Shown one piece after another: positions 38,828 to 49,425 of a DNA stretch of 64,000 bases. A program made the translations under genes and the position numbers. Source of the stretch: Negaprion brevirostris (lineage: Eukaryota); the NCBI GenBank assembly GCA_030324005.1, contig JARDVH010000042.1:47509987-47573986 (forward strand), written 5' to 3'. How positions within the stretch are numbered: position 1 is the first letter of the stretch; each line of letters begins with the position of its first letter. Below the pieces are notes generated by a model. The model saw nothing but the letters and a program-made list of their open reading frames with translations. It was not told the origin of the DNA and made no database searches.

Positions 38828-41044
38828 TAATGTGTACTCTGGAATTTTCTGTCCAGTAACTTCATTATAACAGCAATAATGTTAGCCTCACTGTGATTGT
38901 TAATGTAAAATCTGGGCCAGCAAGGACTAAGACCATGTAGCTGCTCTATTATCTGCAGTCATAGCTTGACAGTGCACATACTGTAACAGTACCTCAACTT
39001 CCTTAACCTCAACAACATAAAACTTAATAACGTTTCAGGTGATGTAAGTAAACTTTGCTGCATCCTCTGTGAAGACTACTGGAAAGTAACACTTTCTATA
39101 TTGCCAATTGTCTTAGTTTTCAGCCCGAGATCAATAATAAGTAAGGACGGCAGCAGTGTCTAGTAAACTGCCAGCATATTGCCTCAGGCAATTATATGCC
39201 ACCTTCACTTCAATGTGAAGTAGTGCTGTTGTGTGGAAATAGCAACANNNNNNNNNNNNNNNNNNNNNNNNNNNNNNNNNNNNNNNNNNNNNNNNNNNNN
39301 NNNNNNNNNNNNNNNNNNNNNNNNNNNNNNNNNNNNNNNNNNNNNNNNNNNNNNNNNNNNNNNNNNNNNNNNNNNNNNNNNNNNNNNNNNNNNNNNNNNN
39401 NNNNNNNNNNNNNNNNNNNNNNNNNNNNNNNNNNNNNNNNNNNNNNNNNNNNNNNNNNNNNNNNNNNNNNNNNNNNNNNTTTTGATTTCACAGTACATTA
39501 AAGTGATTGATGTGAGACCATCTTTATTCAATAGTTCCACGCCATTTGAACTGTGCATTTGGGACAGAACAAAGCCAGCCCACTCAACATCCTTTGGAAT
39601 GTAACGTGGCTGGGATGAGATTGGTCTCTGTCAGTATTGAAAGGCTGTTTACACCATGCCTAATGTTCTTTCTCATGAATTCTATGTAATATCAGTTACC
39701 ATATTGCTATGAATGCGCTCCATCCTCTGCTCCATTAGTAGAATATACCATTATTTCCTAACCCTCAGGAACTGTCTTTGAGCCCTTTTCTCTTGTCACA
39801 TTTTCACTTCCTTTCAAAAGGCTAATAACAATCACTTTCTTCTATCAAGTTATTTCCCTCCTCTGGCAAACCCTCCTTCGCCAATCCCCACCACTCCACT
39901 TTTCTTTAACAAAACCAGTAAGTGCCAGAAACACTGACCAGATCTGGCTGTATCCATAGGGAGAGAAACAGTGTTACTGTTTCAGGTTTGTGACATTTTA
40001 CCAGAATTTTTAATCCTCTTTTTTACTTCCTTCTGTTTGGTATCTGCTTATTGTCCAATGCCATATAAAGTGTCCTTTGTACATGAGAAACACATAGAAA
40101 TGTCAGCAGTTGTGCATCACACCAACAGCTGTAAGATCTATTCATTATAGTCATTAAGTAATGGCCTAGTGGTATTATCGCTCGACTATTAATCCAGAAA
40201 CCCAGATAATGATTTGGGGACCTGGGTTGGAATCCCACCATGGCAGATGGTGGACTTAGAATTCAGTAAAAAATATCTGGAACTAAGATGACCATGAAAC
40301 CATTGTCAATTGTCAGAAAAACTCATCAGGTTCACTGATGTCCTTTAGGGAAGGAAATCTGCCATCCTTACCTAGTCTGGCCGACATGTGACTCCAGAGT
40401 CACAGCAATGTGGTTGACTCTCATCTGCCTTCTGAAATGGCCCACCAAGCCACTCAGTTGTACCAATCGCTACAAAGTCTCAACAAAGAAATGAAACCAG
40501 ATGGACCACCTGGCATCGACCTAGACCTTGGAAAAGACAACGGCAAAACAAACAGCGCTGTCGACCCTGCAAAGTCCTCCTTACTAACATCTGGGGGCTA
40601 GTGCCAAATTGGGAGAAATGTCTCATGGACTAGTCAAACAACAGCCTGACATAGTCATTCTCACGGAATCATACCTTACAGATAACACCTAGACACCACC
40701 ACAACCATCCCTGGATATGTCCTGTCCCACTAGCAGACAGTCCCAGAAGAGGTGGCAGCACAGTGGTATACAGTTGGGAGGGAGTTGCCCTGGGAGTCCT
40801 TAACATTGACTCCAGACCCTATGAAGTCCCATGGCTTCAGGTTAAACATGGGCAAGGAAACCTCTTGCTGGTTACCATGTACCATCCTCCTTCAGCTGAT
40901 GAATGAGCATTCCTTCATGTTGAACAACATTTGGAGGAAGCACTGAGGGTGGTAAGGGCGCAAAATATACTCTGGATGAGGGATTTCAATGTTCACCACC
41001 CCAAGATAGCTCGCCAGCAGCACTACTGATTGAGCTGGTCGGGT

Positions 41045-41177
41045 CATAGAATCATAGAATCCCTACAGTGCAGAAAGAGACCATTCGGTCTATCGAGTCT
41101 GCACTGACCACAATCTCATCCAGGCCCTAACTCCTTATCCCTACATATTTACCCCTAATCCCTCTAACCTATGGGTC
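41045..41177 (-). mobile_element. SINE 3' fragment inserted in the LINE endonuclease
   Basis: catagaatcatagaat tail; gggtc on both sides. Confidence 0.8.
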
Positions 41178-41446
41178 TCAAAGAATATAATTGCAAGACT
41201 GGGTCTGCAGCAGGTGGTGAAGGAACCAATAAGAGAAAATAACATACTTGACCTCATCCTTATCAATCTGCCAGCTGCAGATGCGTCCGACTATGAAAGT
41301 ATCAGTAAGAGTGACCACCACACAGTTCTTGTGAAGACGAAGTCCCATCTTCACATTGAGAATAACCTCCATTGTGTTGTATGGCACTATCACCATGCTA
41401 AACGGAACAGACTTCAAACCAATCTAGCAACTCAAGACTGGGCATC

Positions 41447-42375
41447 TGTAGTTGAGAATTTTGATTAATTCTAAATACCCAATATGTGGATAATTATCAN
41501 NNNNNNNNNNNNNNNNNNNNNNNNNNNNNNNNNNNNNNNNNNNNNNNNNNNNNNNNNNNNNNNNNNNNNNNNNNNNNNNNNNNNNNNNNNNNNNNNNNNA
41601 TGTGGATAATTATCAGCTAATGTTTCAATATGTGGTTTGAGAATAATACAAAATATTTAGGTAACGTCTTAATAATGTTATTAAGATGTTACCTAACATC
41701 TTAGGTAAGATGTTACCTAAGATGTTAGGTAACATCTTACAAATGTATTTGTAACATGCCAGTAAAATGGAAGATATATTCATGAAAGATATCAGCACAA
41801 GCCATACACAAATTATGTAACAAAGTAAATTACCAGGCCAAATAAAGGTGTTTTTTGGTATTAGAGTTGGTTTAAACTGGTTAGAGAAATGCTGAATCAT
41901 AAGAAGGCATTTTTGGGAGAGACCTACCGTAACACGAACAGATGAATGACAGATCAATATTTGAAGGTATCTAAATATGATTAATTGAAGGACATGCCAT
42001 TGTTAGATTGACAGAACAGTGAATGAATGAAAGTGCTGTTAATTAAGTGCTGGGCTGAAAAATCTGACAACGAAAACTACAACCAATTCTACTCTTTGGC
42101 ATGAAATTGGAGATCTTTTGTGAAAGCCTGCTAGCTCATTAGCTGTGTCGGTGGAACTACTGATCTCCCATTTTGGCCAAAATGAGATTTGTCTTGTCTT
42201 AATTGTATGTTTGTCTGAATATTGTTAATTTGTAATGTTTTTGATTCTAACATACCAATGTTTTAATAAAACTAGCTTAAGAATTTCATTGAACCGAATA
42301 AACTTTCTTTTGCCTTTGTGAAATTAAATGTGTAATGAAAAGATTTAGTCTTTAAATTAATCAGGCCACCTAAAA
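41447..42375 (+). repeat. 5' LTR (includes a 100-N gap; last ~15 nt missing)
   Basis: Colinear with 48680-49410 from tgtagttgagaatt to aatcaggccacctaaaa. Confidence 0.95.
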
Positions 42376-42839
42376 GATACAGGATGATCTTGGAGCTGAC
42401 GGTCGAGTGAACACTTCCCATAGAATGGTGAGTACATACTTTATATTGCTCACTTTTTTTAGTAGAGGGGGAAGCACTCTGAATCACTGGATCTGTTAGC
42501 CATCTGGACCTCTTGTGGGTGAAAAAGGCAAAAAAAAATTTTTTTAAATTGACACAGAAGTGTGGATCGGGATAGCAACTTGTCCACATACAGTAGGTTC
42601 TGCAAGGACGTGCTAATTATATAGAGTTTTAAAAGTACTGGCGCAAAAGTATAGGTCGGAATAGCAACTTACTCACATACAGCAGGTTCAACAAGGACAT
42701 GCTGATTATATAATGAAGGGCGCGTAAAACAGGGAACTAAGATAAAGAGAATTAGTTTCGCTGAGACAGTGGTGCAACAATGCCACGCTCTTACTAATTA
42801 AAACAGACCATTCAAAAATACTGGACAATTAAATGGTAG

Positions 42840-44292
42840 TCAAAAGATGGATAAGTTATAAAATATAGAAGGTATAACTTAAAGAAAAAGAGAAATAAGA
42901 GTTAAATGGTAATTTAAAAATGCAGAACTTGTAAAAAGGCTATAACTAAAAAGAAGTCTTTTTTTAAAAAAAATGAGTTTAGAAAGTTCCAAGGTCAAAA
43001 AATGCTTTCTGTGTAAACACTGTATATTGCCAAAGATTTCTGTAAACAAGTCAGGTTTGAGACAAGCAGAAAGTTAATCCATTCAGTCCTACACAGGATG
43101 AATCTTTGTGTTTCAAAATTTGCAGTAAGTAATATGAATTCTTAATCTAAATCAAAATATAATAGGAGAGGGAGAGAATGTCTCGTGGAAAGCACACAAA
43201 AGAGAGTGGGTGGGGAAGTGTGAAGTTTACATTTGCCCCTATTGGACATTTTGTGATAACAGCGCCAACTAAATTAGGGCTATTCAACAANNNNNNNNNN
43301 NNNNNNNNNNNNNNNNNNNNNNNNNNNNNNNNNNNNNNNNNNNNNNNNNNNNNNNNNNNNNNNNNNNNNNNNNNNNNNNNNNNNNNNNNNCACTCCCACT
43401 TTTCGCTGCCGGGCCACTTCATCCACTTATTGCAGCCCAGGAGCGATGTGGCAGGGGCACATTTTTCAAATTTCTTTTGACCGTGCTTCACAGTTCAAAG
43501 GTCTGATCGGAGCTGCAGCATTTCAGGCATGATAAGCCCTGCCCACAGCGCAAGTCAGACCCTCAGTTCTTTATTCAGGCCAGGTGCGTATGGGGGCACC
43601 TGAAAACAGTTTTCCAAGTCAGATCCAAACTGTGCCCAGATTCAGCACTTAGGATCAAAATGGTAAAATTGGGCCCATTGTGTTTTAAAAATTTGCAGCA
43701 ATAAATTTGAATTGTTAATTCAAATCACAATATAAAAAGGAAGGAGGGAGAATGTTTAATGAAAATTACACAATTTGGGTGGGTAAGTGTGAAGTTTACA
43801 TTTGCCTTTTGGATATTTCGTGATAACAGCACCAACTAAATTAGGGCTAATCAACAATGGCAATGACCTAACAGCATTTTGATTAGATTGTGAGGAGTGG
43901 AAGTTTAAAATCAGCAAACTAATTATGAGAATGAGATAAGTAGTCCAAAACACAGAGTACATTTAGGTATAAATTTTAAATATGTGAAAGTTGAAAATCA
44001 CAACAGATATGAAATGGGCTCAAAAGAGACTTAATTCAACAGAATAAATAAACATTGAAAGAGGTAAACAGGTTGATTAATAGACATTAGAAAGCCCATA
44101 TCACTAACATAGGAAGAATGTGTTCAAGCAAGCTACTACAACGATGGTATTTGAATTGAAGAATGAATAATCAAAATAAATTACTACCTGGAATCAAATT
44201 GAAAGGTTTGATTTCTGTTTCAACGATTTTATTATGTTATAGAAATCAGTTTTACAACAGAGAAACTTCGTAAATTGTTAACTGCAAAATGA
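42840..44292 (+). pseudogene. gag: Probable gag remnant, assigned by position only
   Basis: Lies between leader and protease; A-rich, many stops; no capsid motif or CCHC knuckle recognised. Confidence 0.4.
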
Positions 44293-44580
44293 CAATTGGC
44301 TCCCCAAGAGTCTGATGGTGATATGGATTTCCGGATGTATGTAGAGACAGTGCTAGAAGGACAGAATTGTATTAAGTTAATTGATACTAGAACAACTATA
44401 CCACCAACAGACTTGAATTTACTAACCACTGATCAAACAATAGAATAACATGGAGTTGCTGGAGGAGTTAAAGTCACACTGCTCTGTATACCAACAATTA
44501 AAAAAAACATTTTCAAATCTGAATGTGAAAAAATAAAAAAGGAAGCTTCCTGGGGATAGAGTTACTGTCTAGTTAGGAGT
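44293..44580 (+). pseudogene. pro: Retroviral aspartic protease remnant
   Basis: LIDTRTT (44377-44397, degenerate LxDTGAT), I..GVAG flap, FLGIELL after a frameshift (LLGRD-like). Confidence 0.85.
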
Positions 44581-44779
44581 GATAATTGATGCCAGAACAG
44601 GAAACATCAGATGGCACCATATATTCAAACACAATAAATAGGGAAAAAGGAAATGTTGTAGCATTTCGAGGGTCGCAGCATTTCAAACAGATCGGGAAAA
44701 GGGATCAATCTGGAAAAAAATGGCTGCACAATGCCCTTGAATTTGAGCTAGAAATTAACAAGATCGTGAAAGTTTAAAT

Positions 44780-45400
44780 GTCCACTAGAAAAGATTCAGG
44801 GAGAAGTTGAAGCTGTTAAACGCATTATCACACAATTGGGAAAACAAGGAGTAGTGACAAAGACAGTGTCTTCTACTAATTCACTTATATGGCCAATTAA
44901 AAAAAAACAGATGGAAGTTATAGGTTAATTGTGGATTACACATTTCTAAACAGATATGCAACATGGGCACACTCAATAGTTGTAAATCCAGCCAGCAATC
45001 TAAACACAATTGGGATAGATCAAATGATTTTTATTATATTAGATGCGGCCAATGGATTTTGGCCTATTTCAATAGCAAAAGAGCATCAGTACAAATTTGT
45101 CTTCATAGCGGGAAATCAACAATACACTTGGACTCGTCTATCACAAAAGTTTCACAATAGTCCAACCATTTTTCACAAACATAATGGCACAAATACTCGA
45201 GCCTATTAAATGTGCAGGAACCACCATTCTACAATATGTAAATGATGTTTTGATTGCTTCACAAAGCAGGAAAATAATTCCAGAAGATTGAAAGAAGGTT
45301 TTACACAACCACACATAGTGAAAGGAATGAGGCAAGTGTTAGGATTGTTCCAATTATTGTAGGAGTTTTGTGGAAGATGACGCAATACTAGCAAAACCAC
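44780..45400 (+). pseudogene. pol: Reverse transcriptase remnant
   Basis: NSLIWPIKK/DGSYRLIVDY..LN, ILDAANGFW, QYTWTRLSQKFHNSPTIFH, ILQYVNDVLIA (YVND 45235-45246). Confidence 0.95.
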
Positions 45401-45469
45401 TGCAAGATTCGATCAACGGAGAAAGGCTTAGTAGAGAAAAACAATAGATTGGAAAGACAAGGAAATACA

Positions 45470-46150
45470 GGCTTTTACTGACATAAAATCAGCCTTAGTT
45501 AAAGTTCCAGCATTAGGATTACCAAATCTCAGTAAACCATTTCACATTTTTTGTCAAGAAAGAGATGGAATACAAACAACTATAGTCACCCAGAAACATG
45601 GATATAAATTGAGACCAATAGGTTATTATTCAGCACAATTAGATTCAGTTTCTAGAGGAATGCATAGATGCATAAGAGCATTAGCTTGCACCTCTTGGGC
45701 CATAACTGTGTCTGAACCAATCACACTGATGGGAAGAATAATCCTTCATAGTCCACACAGCATTGTACAATTGTTAGAAGCTGAAGACTGAAAGGACTAT
45801 CAGATGGAAGGAGATCAAAATGGGAGGCTAATCTCTTGCCAGGGGATAAGCATGTAGAAATCAGTAAGGATGTGAGAGATAACCCAGCTGGGGGGCTCAT
45901 AGTACTGGGAACTGAGCATGAATGTGTATCTGAAGTCAACAAAGAAATTAGTGAAGGCATATTAAAAGAACCATTGTCAGGGAAAGATGTGATTAATCTG
46001 TATGTAGATGGATGCAAGAAAAACATAGATAGTGCACCACGTACTGAATGGGCAATAGTAAATGAGGAAGGAACAATAGTTGCAGGAAAACAAATTCCAG
46101 GAGAGTCAGCATAAGTAGCAGAATTGATAGCTCTAATTAGAGTTTTAACA
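45470..46150 (+). pseudogene. pol: Tether/connection domain and N-terminal half of RNase H
   Basis: PALGLPNLSKPFHIF, RPIGYYSAQLDSVSRGM..CIRALA, LYVDG, SA*VAELIAL. Confidence 0.92.
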
Positions 46151-46159
46151 TGGAGACAA

Positions 46160-46960
46160 GAGAAAACTTACAAACGGACTTTACACAGCTATTACTAAGG
46201 AAGAAAGGGAAAAGTTAATGATTATTGTTCAATTCACTCAATGGGTAGAACTCCCATGTAAAGATGCTACAGCCAAAACTGTGGCTTTGATATTAGCCCA
46301 TGAAATAATATCACAATGGAGAATACCATTACAATTGGACTCAGATCAGGGAACTCACTTCTCTGGGAGAATGCTGTGAGAAGCATGTCGTATATTTGGG
46401 ATTAAACAGCAATTTTATTCACCATATCATCCACAGAGCTCAGGAATGGTAGAACGAATGAACAGAACATTGAAAAATAGTTTGGCTAAACCCATTTTAG
46501 AAGAAGAAAATAATTGGATGCAAGCTTTACCTGCAATTCTATTAAGACAAAGAGCCACTCCATCTCGAGGAACAGGATTAACTCCCTTTGAGCTGATGAC
46601 GGGTAGAGAAATGTATCTCCCAGAAGACGTTATCACAGGAGGAGTGGAGTTAATAAATGGAAAAGAAGCAGTCTATCAATCTTGAGAGTTTTAATAACCT
46701 GATTACGTTCCTATTAAAAAAGTAGCCATTCAATAACAATATAAAGATTGGATAAAATTAGCTGAGAAAGAAAATCTATATTTACCAACTGCAGGATGTA
46801 GGTTATCGGTACAATTAATGACTGAAAAAAAGGAATTAAGCACTAGACGGGAGGGGCCATTTGAAATAATCATTGCAGGAGAAACATGTGCTTTGGTTGA
46901 TGAAAAACATGGTCCTAGATGGAGACACTGGACACAGCTAAAACCTTACCCAAAGGATTA
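46160..46960 (+). pseudogene. pol: Integrase core and C-terminal domain; N-terminal zinc finger absent
   Basis: LQTDFTQ, LDSDQGTHF (~46335), PYHPQSSGMVERMNRTLK, TGLTPFELMTGR, EGPFEI, WRHWTQLKP. Confidence 0.95.
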
Positions 46961-47049
46961 AGTAGGAAAAAGAATCTGGATAAATTTATATAAAAATGTT
47001 TTAGACTTTTTAGTCTAATCAGATGGTACCGTAAAGCAATCCCCTAGAA

Positions 47050-48538
47050 AATGTTTAAATTTATGATTATTGATTCTAATTGTTTGGCCTTAGGGCCTCA
47101 TTGTGTGTAAAATTGCAGAATAGTAAGTACGCAAAAAAAATCAACCATCCATTGAAGAAAGAAAACATCAGTGAATAACAAGCTCGAACAATCTTTGGAC
47201 AAGGAACAAAAGCAGAGCGTGGTTAAAATAAGTACATTACTGTTATTGCCATAAACACAAATTGAGTGATAACACATGATAAAAAATATATTACATCTTG
47301 TAATAATATGTATACTTTGTATAGTGCAAGTAGTTATCAGGAGTTTAACAGAAACATTTATCTGTATTTGGTGTACACTTATGCTAGAACAGCTGATCTT
47401 CCTAAATGTTGGGTACATACTCAGCTACCAATTAATGCAGAGAAGAGGTTTCCTTTGCGGTCAATCCCTTTAAGGTGGGAGGAATTAATAATATAGGATC
47501 AATTAACCCAATTGTTCAGGAAACCAAGAGGAAGGATAATGGGATTTACAAAGAAGTGTGAAAGTGTGGATTTTTTACTTGAATAGACGCTCACCTGTTT
47601 TCAATACAGCCAAACGAGCATCTAATTTGATTCTAATAGATACAGGATTAGAAGAACAAGAAATCTAATGCATCAAAGTGATCAGGGAAGAATAGATATT
47701 GGGATTAATAAATTAAATCTACACCATCGACGTCAGGAGCAAGACTTGCTTAAACTCACTGAAGGATGATCACATGTGCAACGTTCAGTATACCCAACAC
47801 TTAATGGAACTTATTGGATTTGTGGAAACAAAGCTTACCCATGGCTGCAAAGGTTGGAAAGGAGCTTGTTACTTAGAATACGTAGTTCCACAATTTTACC
47901 ACTTTGATCAATTATCAGAGGAAATTACCAGATGTCGACATACTGCAGTGGGCATAGACTATTTATTTGGAATAATGGTGCCAGGATATTCACAAGTAAG
48001 ACTGAAAATGGAATTGGAAAATATTGCTTATCTTGGAAAGGTAGCTAGTGACATGGTTACTGCTTTATCACAGATCAATGATGAAGTGGTAGCAATGCGT
48101 ACAGTTGTGTTACAGAATGGAATGATGTTGGACTTCATTTTTGCAGCAAGAGGAAGAACATGCACTTAGATTGGATTGAAATACTGCACCTACATATCAG
48201 ATATTTTGGAGAATAACACCAATCTGGTAACTCGCATTCGGAAAGAGGTCAAGAAGTTTGAAAAACCAGGGCCATTCTCGCTGGAGAAATGGACAACAGG
48301 ATAGGTCGGAATTTTGGGAAAGAATATTTAATCAGAGCTATGTTTTTTTCTACTGATGATTATTGCGATCATAATGCTACTTAAATGTTGTTGCTCAAGC
48401 ACAAGCCAGACTGTTGCAAGAGTAGCATCGATCAAGGAAAAGAAGAAAGAAATACCAATGACTTCAGCTCCTTTAGATGCTTCAACTTATGATAATGAAT
48501 GCACTAGGGTTTTTTTTAAAACAAGAACTTTTCATTAA
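47050..48538 (+). pseudogene. env: Gamma-type envelope remnant (SU plus TM)
   Basis: CWVH (CxxC-like), GTYWICGNKAYPWL/KGWKGACYL, ISD-like VLQNGMMLDFIFAARGR, CT*IGLKYCTYI (CX6CC-like, from 48161), hydrophobic anchor then KCCC. Confidence 0.93.
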
Positions 48539-48670
48539 TAAATAATCAGTTAAAGATGCATTATCACATTGATTATAAAGGAAATACTTAAGCAGGATAG
48601 GGTAGATTACATTGTTAGAATTTTTTGACACAATTTTGGCCTTGTATTGCTGTTAGCCAATATGGCCAAC

Positions 48671-48678
48671 AGGGAGAA
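48671..48678 (+). promoter_or_regulatory. Short polypurine tract
   Basis: agggagaa just before the 3' LTR start (TG at 48680). Confidence 0.65.
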
Positions 48679-48679
48679 T

Positions 48680-49425
48680 TGATGTTGAGAATTCTGATTA
48701 ATTTTAAATGTCCAACATCAGCATATGTGGTTTGAGAATAATACAAAATATTTAAGTAACATCTTAATAATGTCTCTAAGAAATGTATTTGTAACATGCC
48801 AGTAAAATGAAAGTTATATTCATGAAAGATATCAGCACAAATCAGACACAAATTATGCAACAAAATATGCTGGGTGATAATACCAAAAGATAAAGGTGTT
48901 TTTTGGTATTACAGCTGGTTTAAACTGGTTAGAGAAATGCTGAGTCATAAGAAGGCATTTTTGGGAGAGACCTTCCGTAAAACAGACAGACGAATGACAG
49001 ATCAATATTTGAAGGTATCAAAATATGATTAACTGAAGGATATGCCATTGTTAGATTGACAGAATAGTGAATGAATGAAAGTGCTGTTAATTAAGTGCTG
49101 GGCTGAAAAATCTGATAATGAAAACTATAACCAATTCTGCTCTTTGCAGAAATCAGAGATCTTCTGTGAAAACCTGCTAGCTCATTAGCTGTGTGGATCC
49201 ATTGATTTCCCATTTTGGCCAAAATGAAATTTGTCTTTCTTAATTATATGTTTGTCTGAATATTGTTAATTTGTAATGTTTTTGATTCTAACATGTCAAT
49301 GTTTTAATAAAACTAGTTCAAGAATTTAATTGAATAAAGTTTTTTTGCCTTTGTGAAATGAAATGTTTAATGAAAAGATTTAGTCTTTAAATTAATCAGG
49401 CCACCTAAAATAATTACCCACAACA
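48680..49425 (+). repeat. 3' LTR (746 bp)
   Basis: tgatgttgagaatt...cccacaaca; AATAAA near 49306 and 49333; followed by GCATC. Confidence 0.97.

Larger units (their letters stand above)
41447..49425 (+). mobile_element. Endogenous retrovirus, defective provirus (LTR-gag-pro-pol-env-LTR)
   Basis: TG...CA termini; GCATC at 41442-41446 and 49426-49430; paired LTRs; protease, RT, RNase H, integrase and env motifs in retroviral order. Confidence 0.97.

Noticed and set aside
41483-41615. atgtggataattatca repeated on both sides of the gap in the 5' LTR
   Set aside because: Flanks a 100-N gap; most likely an unmerged contig overlap
44377-48190. APOBEC-like G-to-A hypermutation (DTG>DTR, YVDD>YVND, QGF>QKF, GG>GR)
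   Set aside because: C-to-T changes at conserved codons look similarly common (SAQ>SA*, LPQ>LSQ, NSP>NSL, FAF>FVF), fitting strand-symmetric decay; needs a consensus to test
41447-49425. Ty3/gypsy, true foamy virus or lokiretrovirus assignment
   Set aside because: Tether plus second RNase H and env argue against gypsy; CX6CC/ISD Env is unlike foamy or paramyxovirus-F-like envelopes
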